A stretch of 58,489 nt of DNA from Nitrospirota bacterium (lineage in GTDB: Bacteria > Nitrospirota > Thermodesulfovibrionia > SZUA-242): contig QJVM01000148.1 in the NCBI GenBank assembly GCA_003235715.1, positions 1 to 58,489 of the forward strand, read 5' to 3'. The translations under genes and the position numbers were made by a program. Under the pieces are notes generated by a model that saw nothing but the letters and a program-made list of their open reading frames with translations, was not told where the DNA came from and ran no database searches. Shown here one piece after another: positions 28,795 through 36,027 of the stretch; position 1 is the stretch's first letter; every line of letters starts with the position of its first letter.

Positions 28795-29628
28795 ATGTCT
28801 CTCTTTGACTATCTCAAGCCGGTGGAAACCATGGCGTCACCGGACGTAAAGCGCCTGCTGGATGAGAAGGGGCCCGATGGGGTAAACCTTATAGACGTCC
28901 GCCAACCCCGGGAGTACGAATCCGGACATCTCGCCGGGGCGGAATTGATCCCCGTGGCTGAACTCCAGGACCGTCTGAGGGATCTGGATAAATCCAAACC
29001 CACCGTCGCGTACTGAAGGTCGGGGGTGCGCAGCCGGGCGGCTGCGGCGGTACTGAAGGGAGCCGGCTTCCGGGAGGTCTACAGCATGGAGGGCGGTATT
29101 GACGCCTGGCATGGAGGTGTGGCGCTCGGATCTCCCGACCGAAGCGTGGCGTACTTCCTCGAGGCCGCTTCGCTTGACCATATGCTGGCCCTCGCCTGGT
29201 CGATGGAGGAGGGCGCCTTGCGATTCTATTCAGCGGCAGCTGAAAAGAGCACCACCCCGGAGGCCGAGACCCTGTTTCAACAACTGGTTACGGCCGAGAT
29301 TCATCACAAGGCTTCCGTTGAGAAACTGAGGGAAAGGCTGGCCCCCGGGGAATCCTCTTTCGATGAACTGGTTGGAGAGCCGAACCTCGTCGGGAATATC
29401 ATGGAAGGAGGGTTCTCCACGGAGGAGATCATCAAGCGTTACGCGGCCCTTGATCCCGAGGATGTTCTGGCTTTTGCCATGGCCATGGAAACGACCTCCT
29501 TCGACCTTTACCTTCGTCTCGGCCGGACGGTGAAGGAGGACGAGGCCACCCGTGCCTTCCAGTCTCTTGCTCATGAAGAAAGAAAACATCTCGACCGGCT
29601 GGCCCAGGCCATGGATCAGGGGTTCTGA
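28795..29628 (+). CDS. Rhodanese (Sec at the catalytic position) fused to a ferritin-like diiron domain; Sec encoded by TGA 29014-29016
   Basis: ORFs ending at 29016 and starting at 29026 share a frame. Joined, they read ...DKSKPTVAY-U-RSGVRSRAAAAVLKGAGFREVYSMEGGIDAW, i.e. the rhodanese loop C-R-S-G-x-R-S with U in place of C. The C-terminal half carries E / ExxH / E / ExxH (MEEGA, AEIHH, AMETT, HEERKH). Confidence 0.75.
29029..29046 (+). promoter_or_regulatory. SECIS-like stem-loop for the rhodanese/ferritin-like gene
   Basis: CGCAGCC-GGGC-GGCUGCG forms a 7-bp stem starting 12 nt after the UGA. Confidence 0.5.
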
Positions 29629-29637
29629 GCACGGAAG

Positions 29638-30504
29638 TTGTTGAAAGCCTTGAAAGGCCTCGGGAGAAGCGTCATGACTTCCGTCATCGTCTTTCTCATC
29701 GTTCTGCCCCTGGTATCTTTTGGGGCGCTCTACCTGGCTCAGGATGGTCTGGTTTTCCCGGGCAGTCCGGCCCACCTGGAGAACCATGCGCTCGCCGAGA
29801 AGGCCTTTCCGGGCAGCGAGATTCGTATCGAACTTCCTGACGGAAAACAGGTCCATGGCTGGTTCATTCAGAACGGCCCCGAAGTTCCCCTTCCGCTTCT
29901 TATTTACTATGGAGGGAACGCGGAGGACGTATCCTGGGTCCTCCAGGATCTCCCCCGCTACAGGGGATGGTGTCTCCTGCTTGTGAATTACCGGGGGTTT
30001 GGGTTGAGTGAAGGTCGGCCAAGCGAGCGTCACTTGCTGGACGATGCCCTTTTCCTCTATGACCGATTTTCCGCCCGGAGCGAAGTGGATCCTGAACGTA
30101 TCGTTCTGATGGGACGGAGCCTGGGTTCCGGTATAGCGGCTCACGTGGCCTCGGCCCGAAAAGTACGGGGGGTCATCATGGTGTCCCCGTATGACAGCCT
30201 TGCCGCTGTGGGCCAGAAGGCCTTTCCCTGGATACCGGTGAAGCTTTTTCTCAGGCACCGTTTTGAAGCGCTGGCGCTCGCTCCTCGGCTGAAGATGCCT
30301 CTTCTGGCGGTCCTCGCGGAACAGGATGAGGTTATTCCTGCCGAGAATTCATGGAGGTTGATCAAGGCCTGGGGCGGGCCCGTGCAGGTTACTGAAATCG
30401 CAAATACGGACCACAACAACATCACGTGGGGCGGGGACTATTGGGAATCAATCAGAGAGTTCCTCGAAACCATGCGGTCGGAGCCGGTATCAGGCGTTCA
30501 TTGA
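29638..30504 (+). CDS. Alpha/beta hydrolase with an N-terminal membrane anchor
   Basis: GRSLGSG nucleophile elbow and a DH pair near the C-terminus (NTDHNN). N-terminal TM helix VIVFLIVLPLVSFGALYL. The start may be the ATG at 29674. Confidence 0.8.
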   Translation: MLKALKGLGRSVMTSVIVFLIVLPLVSFGALYLAQDGLVFPGSPAHLENHALAEKAFPGSEIRIELPDGKQVHGWFIQNGPEVPLPLLIYYGGNAEDVSWVLQDLPRYRGWCLLLVNYRGFGLSEGRPSERHLLDDALFLYDRFSARSEVDPERIVLMGRSLGSGIAAHVASARKVRGVIMVSPYDSLAAVGQKAFPWIPVKLFLRHRFEALALAPRLKMPLLAVLAEQDEVIPAENSWRLIKAWGGPVQVTEIANTDHNNITWGGDYWESIREFLETMRSEPVSGVH

Positions 30505-30542
30505 CCGCAACGGGAAAGGAGCCCTTCAGGTCCAGACCCTGG

Positions 30543-31187
30543 TCATCCCTTGGTGATTCTGAGATGAGTGTAGGTCCCCTCCAGTTCCATCTTCAGCCTT
30601 GAATAATCTCCATTTCCCTTGATCCGGGTGGCCACGCGCCGGTAGCCCTTCTTCCCAGGGTCAGGCGCGGTCAGGATGCTTTCCACGGAAAAGCCGTATT
30701 TCCGGATGATGTCCGAGATCTGTTTGGTCACGCCCGAGGCATCCTCCACCTCCACGTAGATTCTATGTCCGCCATGCCTGACTCCGGTGATATCCACAAG
30801 TGCCCGGAAGATATCCTTGTCCGAAATGATGCCCACCAGCTGCTCCCCTTCAATCACGGGAAGGCAACCAACGCTTCCGTCCAGCATGAGCATCGCCGCC
30901 TTTTCCACGGAGGTCTGAGGCGTCGTGGTTAGAACATCGCCGGACATGACTTCCTTGATCTTGGTCTGGGACATGAGATGCACGATTTCCTCTGTCTCCA
31001 GCGATGTGGCCGTGGAAGGCTGGAAGGACCGGAGGTCCCGGTCCGAAATAATCCCCTTCAATTCCTGTCCCTTCACAATCGGGACGTGCTTGACATTCTT
31101 CTCCTCCATCAGGCTTGCCGCATCGAAGACCGTGTCCGAAGCGGAAAGGGTATGCACATTCTTCGTCATCCAGTCTGAAACGAACAT
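30543..31187 (-). CDS. CBS-pair plus ACT-like domain protein (AcuB-like)
   Basis: Two CBS motifs (VSDWMTKNVHTL...HVPIV; VMSGDVLTT...GCLPVI) followed by an approximately 70-aa ACT-like tail. Confidence 0.85.
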   Translation of the reverse strand: MFVSDWMTKNVHTLSASDTVFDAASLMEEKNVKHVPIVKGQELKGIISDRDLRSFQPSTATSLETEEIVHLMSQTKIKEVMSGDVLTTTPQTSVEKAAMLMLDGSVGCLPVIEGEQLVGIISDKDIFRALVDITGVRHGGHRIYVEVEDASGVTKQISDIIRKYGFSVESILTAPDPGKKGYRRVATRIKGNGDYSRLKMELEGTYTHLRITKG

Positions 31188-31452
31188 CGAAACACCTCCT
31201 GAGCGCCCTGCGCGACGATCCGTGGCCTTGATTCGACCGCGGTATCGTCCCGAATTCAGGGCACAGTCTCCATCGAATTTTGATGGAACTTTCCCGTCAG
31301 TTCCGATTTTACCGGAGGCTCAGGCGCCCTGCAACGAAGGGTCCGGACTTGTACTAATCGGGCAGGGGTATAGAATAAAGGGCAAAGCGGGGGTGTTCTT
31401 TCAGCGACCTTTGTGACCCTGCCACGCATCTTTTCATAGGGAGTCTTCACAC

Positions 31453-32607
31453 ATGACCAAAACGGTGAGTCGGACCCTCATCGTCCTCTTCATCCTCCTG
31501 TTGGCGGGAACGGTTTACTGGATGACGCGGACCAAGGCCATTCCTGTGGATATGTACACCGTATCCCGGGGGGTGGTCGAATCTACGGTTTCCAACACGA
31601 GAGCGGGGACCGTGAAGTCATGCCAGAGGGCCAAACTGGCCCCGGCCATGGGAGGACAGGTGGATGTCCTCAACGTGAAGAAAGGGGATTCCGTGAGGAC
31701 CGGCCAGATCCTGCTTGAAATATGGAACCGGGACCTGAAGGCCCAGGTGGAACTGGCTGAGCGTGAGCTCAGGGTGAACAGCAGCAATGTGGAGGACTTC
31801 TGTACCCGTTCGGACGCAGCGGCCCGAACCGCAAAACGCCTCCTTGAACTGAAGGCCCAGGGCCTGGTTCCGGTGGAGAGCGTGGACCAGGCGGTATCGG
31901 AATCCAAGGCCCTCGAGTCCCGCTGCCAGGCCGCGCGGGACGAGCGGGGGGTCATTCAGGAGAAGATCACCGTGGCTGTGGCCAATCTTGAGCGGACTCG
32001 CTTGAGGGCGCCGTTCCCGGGCGTTGTGGCTGAAGTCAACACCGAAGTGGGCGAATTCGTGACGCCGTCTCCGCCCGGTATCCCGACCCTGCCGGCCATC
32101 GACCTCATCGACCAGGGCTGCCTTTATGTGACCGCGCCCATCGATGAGGTGGACGCGCCCCGCGTGACGCTCGGCCAGGAAGCCAGGGTAACGCTTGACG
32201 CCTTTCCCGGCAGGGAATTCCACGGCACGGTCCGGCGCATTGCGCCCTATGTGCTCGAAATCGAAAAACAGGCCAGAACCGTGGAAGTGGAGGTTGGGTT
32301 GAGCAAGGAGGACGACCTGTCCGGGCTTCTGCCCGGATACAGCGCCGACGTCGAGATCATCATCGACCGTCGGGAGAATACCCTGAGAATCCCGGCCGAG
32401 GCCTTGCTGGATGGGAACCGCGTGCTGGTGCCGGATGCCACCGACGGGACCGTCCAGGAGCGGGAAGTGAAAACAGGCCTGGCCAACTGGAATTTTGCGG
32501 AGATTACTGAAGGCCTCACTGAAGGCGAACGCATTGTGCTTTCGGCCCGGAAGGAGGGCGTGAAGCCTGGGGTTCGCGTGACCGCTGAACCGCCTTCCCG
32601 GAAATAG
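31453..32607 (+). CDS. Efflux transporter periplasmic adaptor (HlyD/MacA family)
   Basis: N-terminal TM helix, a lipoyl-like barrel (GQVDVLNVKKGDSVRTGQILLEI), a coiled coil, and LRAPFPGVVA. Confidence 0.85.
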   Translation: MTKTVSRTLIVLFILLLAGTVYWMTRTKAIPVDMYTVSRGVVESTVSNTRAGTVKSCQRAKLAPAMGGQVDVLNVKKGDSVRTGQILLEIWNRDLKAQVELAERELRVNSSNVEDFCTRSDAAARTAKRLLELKAQGLVPVESVDQAVSESKALESRCQAARDERGVIQEKITVAVANLERTRLRAPFPGVVAEVNTEVGEFVTPSPPGIPTLPAIDLIDQGCLYVTAPIDEVDAPRVTLGQEARVTLDAFPGREFHGTVRRIAPYVLEIEKQARTVEVEVGLSKEDDLSGLLPGYSADVEIIIDRRENTLRIPAEALLDGNRVLVPDATDGTVQEREVKTGLANWNFAEITEGLTEGERIVLSARKEGVKPGVRVTAEPPSRK

Positions 32608-32618
32608 GCCGGATCGTC

Positions 32619-33308
32619 ATGATCCGTCTTCAGGGCATCAGTCGTTACTTTCAGGTGGGGGATCAGTCCGTCCACGCTCTTGACGGGGTGTCGCTGGACA
32701 TTGGGGCGGGGCAGTATGTTTCTATCATGGGGCCTTCGGGTTCGGGCAAATCAACTTTGCTTCACATCCTGGGGCTCCTTGACCGGCCCACGTCAGGCCG
32801 TTACTTCCTCAATAATCGCGATACCACAGACCTCGACGAAAGGGCCCAGGCGCAGGCTCGGCTGGAACAGATCGGATTTGTCTTCCAGTTCTTTCATCTC
32901 GTTCCCAGGCTCACGGCCTTTGACAACGTGGCCCTGCCGCTGGTCCTGTCCGGCACGCCGCCTGAGGATAGAAATGATCGCGTCCGGCAGAGGCTGGAGG
33001 TGATGGGCCTGGCCGACAGGATACATCATCGCCCGGAGCAGCTTTCCGGCGGGCAGAGACAGCGTGTGGCTATCGCACGAGCCACGATCATGAACCCGGC
33101 CATTCTCCTGGCCGATGAACCGACCGGCAATCTGGATCGGGCCTCCGGAAAGGACGTGGTCGATGCCCTCGAGGCCCTGGTGCAGCAGGGGATCACCCTC
33201 GTCGTCGTGACTCATGACCCCGATATCGGAAGCCGGGCCGCGCGTCGCATACACATGGTGGATGGCCGGGTGGCCGAGGACTCCATGCCCGGAGGCCTCC
33301 CTCCGTGA
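32619..33308 (+). CDS. ABC transporter ATP-binding protein (MacB/LolD type)
   Basis: Walker [10 protein letters not shown], signature LSGGQRQR, and Walker [13 protein letters not shown]. Confidence 0.93.
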   Translation: MIRLQGISRYFQVGDQSVHALDGVSLDIGAGQYVSIMGPSGSGKSTLLHILGLLDRPTSGRYFLNNRDTTDLDERAQAQARLEQIGFVFQFFHLVPRLTAFDNVALPLVLSGTPPEDRNDRVRQRLEVMGLADRIHHRPEQLSGGQRQRVAIARATIMNPAILLADEPTGNLDRASGKDVVDALEALVQQGITLVVVTHDPDIGSRAARRIHMVDGRVAEDSMPGGLPP

Positions 33309-34510
33309 GAACGCCGGACCGTCTCTCTTATGCCGGCACGGCGCTCCGCTGGCATCGCGGACGTACCCTGCTTACGCTCCTGGCCATGGGAATCGGGGTG
33401 GCGGCCGTGGTGGTGCTCACGTCCCTTGGCGACGGAGCACGGCGTTACGTTTCCGGAGAGTTTGCCTCGCTCGGTTCTCATCTTCTGGTCATTCTCCCCG
33501 GGCGAAATGATACGGCGGGCGGTCCGCCGGCCATGCTGGGGGTTACTCCGAGGGACCTCACTATTGCCGACACCGTGGCCCTCCTGCGGAGCCCGGCCGT
33601 GAAACGGGTCACCCCTATCGTTGTGGGCGAGGCGCCGGTCTCCTGGCGGGGACGTGAACGGTCCGTGCCGGTGCTTGGGACCACCGGCGACTTCGTCAGG
33701 ATTCGACGGTGGCAGATGGCGAGGGGGCGGTTTCTTCCGGACGGCGACCCTGAGCGGGCAGAGCCGGTTTGCGTCATTGGCGCCAAGATTAGAGACGAAC
33801 TCTTCGGTTCCAGCGACCCCATCGGCGAATGGGTCCGGGCCGGGCAGTACCGTTTTCGGGTTATCGGCGTTCTGGCGGCCGGAGGCCGCTCCATCGGAGT
33901 GGACAAGGAAGATCTGGTGATGGTGCCGGTGGCTTCAGCCCAGACCATGTTCAACAATCCGTCGCTCTTTCGTGTCCTCGTGGAAGCGCGCAGTCGGGAG
34001 TCCATTCAGGAGGCCAGGACCGATGTTCTCGCCATCCTGCGTGAACGCCACCAGGGGGAGGAAGATGTCACGGTGATCACGCAGGACGCGGTGCTCGCCA
34101 CGTTTGACCGCATACTCCGGGCGCTCACCTATACCGTCGCCGGCATTGCTGCGATCAGCCTGCTGGTGGCGGGCATTCTCATCATGAACGTTATGCTGAT
34201 ATCGGTCTCACAGCGAACCGGCGAGATAGGGCTTCTTAAGGCCCTTGGGGCCCCGGGCCGGCAGATCCTTCAACTCTTTCTGATCGAGGCTTTGATCCTT
34301 TCCCTCATGGGAGCCGTCATCGGCTATCTCATCGGAAACGCGGGAAGCTGGTTCATCCGTTATCTTTATCCCAGCGTCCCGGCCTATCCACCGCTCTGGG
34401 CATCCGTGGCCTCGATCCTCACGGCCATGGGCACCGGGCTTGGCTTCGGCATCCTTCCGGCCCGGAGAGCCGCACGCCTGGACCCTGTGGCGGCGTTGTC
34501 GCGACGCTGA
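33305..34510 (+). CDS. ABC transporter permease (FtsX/MacB family)
   Basis: 401 aa with a MacB-type periplasmic domain between TM1 and TM2, and a C-terminal FtsX motif (ISVSQRTGEIGLLKALGA...PARRAARLDP). Confidence 0.9.
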   Translation: MRTPDRLSYAGTALRWHRGRTLLTLLAMGIGVAAVVVLTSLGDGARRYVSGEFASLGSHLLVILPGRNDTAGGPPAMLGVTPRDLTIADTVALLRSPAVKRVTPIVVGEAPVSWRGRERSVPVLGTTGDFVRIRRWQMARGRFLPDGDPERAEPVCVIGAKIRDELFGSSDPIGEWVRAGQYRFRVIGVLAAGGRSIGVDKEDLVMVPVASAQTMFNNPSLFRVLVEARSRESIQEARTDVLAILRERHQGEEDVTVITQDAVLATFDRILRALTYTVAGIAAISLLVAGILIMNVMLISVSQRTGEIGLLKALGAPGRQILQLFLIEALILSLMGAVIGYLIGNAGSWFIRYLYPSVPAYPPLWASVASILTAMGTGLGFGILPARRAARLDPVAALSRR

Positions 34511-34519
34511 AGGGACGAC

Positions 34520-35719
34520 ATGCGTTTCATCGACCTCATCCGTCTCTCGAGCAGTTCCATCTTTTCCTATCGCGTACGGAGCACACTGACGGCACTCGGC
34601 ATTGCCGTGGGAATAGCCGCGGTGGTGCTTCTGACGTCGATCGGCGAGGGCATTCACCGATTTGTTCTGGCCGAGTTCACTCAGTTCGGGACGAACCTGA
34701 TCGCGGTCAACCCGGGAAAGACAACCACCCAGGGCACGCCGCTCGGGATTCTCGGGACGGTGCGCCCCCTGAGCCTGGAGGATGCCGAGGCGCTGGCCAG
34801 GGTCCCTTACGCCACGGCCGTGGTGCCGGTCATGCAGGGCAATGCAGAAGTGGAGGGGGGCGAACACACCCGACGGACAACCGTTCTCGGGGTGGGTTCG
34901 GAATTTCCCCAGGCCTTCAGCTACGGGGTTGGGCTTGGCCGCTTCCTCCCGTCGGACGATTCCCTCTCGCCCCGGGCCTTTGCCGTCTTGGGAAGCAAGC
35001 TCTACTCGGAGCTTTTCGGAAAAAGGAATCCGCTTGGAGAAAAGGTCAGGGTCGGGAGCGAGCATTACCGGGTCATCGGGGTCATGGAGTCCAAGGGTCA
35101 GGTCCTCGGGTTCGACCTCGATGATACGGTCTATATCCCTGCGGTCAGGGCCCTGGAGCTTTTCAATCGGGATTCCCTGATGGAGATCGACGTGGTTTAT
35201 GAGGCTGACGCTCCCCCGGACGAGGTCGTTGGAGGAATCAAGCGGATTCTCTCGGCCCGTCACGGAAAGGAGGACTACACCATCACCACGCAGCAGCAGA
35301 TGCTGGATGTGCTGGGGTCCGTGTTGTCTGTGCTGACGTTTGCCGTGGGAGCGCTTGGCGGAATATCCCTGTTTGTCGGTGGTGTGGGCATTCTTACCAT
35401 CATGACCATTGCCGTTCGGGAAAGAACAGCGGAGATCGGCCTGCTGCGGGCGCTGGGTGCGGCCCAGGGGCAGGTGCTTCTGCTCTTTCTGTCCGAGGCC
35501 GTCATGCTTTCAGGCATGGGCGGGGTGGCCGGACTCTTGGTGGGCGCAGGCGGGGCCCAACTGCTTCATCTGTTAGTGCCGGCACTGCCCGTGAAGACCC
35601 CCTGGATGTACGTCGTGCTCGCCGAACTCGTGGCCCTCGGGGTGGGTCTGATCACGGGGGTGGTTCCCGCGCACCGGGCTTCCAGGTTGGACCCGGTGGA
35701 GTCTCTCAGGGCGGAATGA
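34520..35719 (+). CDS. ABC transporter permease (FtsX/MacB family), second paralogue
   Basis: 399 aa with the same architecture (AVRERTAEIGLLRALGA...PAHRASRLDP). Confidence 0.9.
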   Translation: MRFIDLIRLSSSSIFSYRVRSTLTALGIAVGIAAVVLLTSIGEGIHRFVLAEFTQFGTNLIAVNPGKTTTQGTPLGILGTVRPLSLEDAEALARVPYATAVVPVMQGNAEVEGGEHTRRTTVLGVGSEFPQAFSYGVGLGRFLPSDDSLSPRAFAVLGSKLYSELFGKRNPLGEKVRVGSEHYRVIGVMESKGQVLGFDLDDTVYIPAVRALELFNRDSLMEIDVVYEADAPPDEVVGGIKRILSARHGKEDYTITTQQQMLDVLGSVLSVLTFAVGALGGISLFVGGVGILTIMTIAVRERTAEIGLLRALGAAQGQVLLLFLSEAVMLSGMGGVAGLLVGAGGAQLLHLLVPALPVKTPWMYVVLAELVALGVGLITGVVPAHRASRLDPVESLRAE

Positions 35720-35836
35720 CCCGAGCACAGGCGAAAGTCTTCATCGAACACCGCGACAGGGTCGGGATGCAGAAGATTTAAACGTGTAGTACATTGGTGG
35801 CAAAGGTTACAACGTATCCTCAGCAGGAGGCCACAT

Positions 35837-35944
35837 ATGGGAAAGAGCCACGAGGTCAAGAAGGAAGCCAAGAAGAAACCGGCAAAGTCATTAAAGGAAA
35901 AGAGGGCGGAGAAGAAGGAGAAGAAGGGGACAGGCGCTATCTGA
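35837..35944 (+). CDS. Small lysine-rich peptide (35 aa), hypothetical
   Basis: AGGAGG lies 6 nt before the ATG. The peptide is MGKSHEVKKEAKKKPAKSLKEKRAEKKEKKGTGAI. A strong hairpin terminator follows. It is below the ORF-track size cut-off. Confidence 0.35.
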   Translation: MGKSHEVKKEAKKKPAKSLKEKRAEKKEKKGTGAI

Positions 35945-35964
35945 GACAACTGTACGTGACTGTT

Positions 35965-36003
35965 AAAAGGGGGGAGGAACCTTACGGTTCGTCCCCCCTT
36001 TAC
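35965..36003. terminator. Bidirectional hairpin terminator
   Basis: GGGGGGAGGAACC-TTAC-GGTTCGTCCCCCC (35969-35998), flanked by A/T runs. Lies between convergent transcription units. Confidence 0.6.
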
Positions 36004-36027
36004 TGGAGTGTGACTCTCTGGAAATGA

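Noticed and set aside
29010-29059. The 10-nt direct repeat GTACTGAAGG flanking the hairpin, considered as a programmed frameshift or slippage site instead of Sec decoding.
   Set aside because: The coding frame before and after the TGA is the same, so no shift is needed. The TGA sits exactly at the catalytic Cys position of the rhodanese loop. The repeat is kept only as an unexplained observation within that finding.
29626-29676. A fourth possible Sec read-through. The ferritin-like ORF stop (TGA 29626-29628) and the alpha/beta-hydrolase ORF (from 29638) are in the same frame.
   Set aside because: The ferritin-like domain is already complete (its second ExxH lies well before the stop), and no convincing hairpin follows the TGA. 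The downstream ORF begins with its own membrane anchor. Sharing a frame has a one-in-three chance expectation.
35794-36027. The 77-aa track ORF (Gly/Glu/Lys-rich).
   Set aside because: It has no RBS, is low-complexity and runs through the terminator hairpin. A shorter ORF in another frame has a consensus RBS and ends before the terminator.
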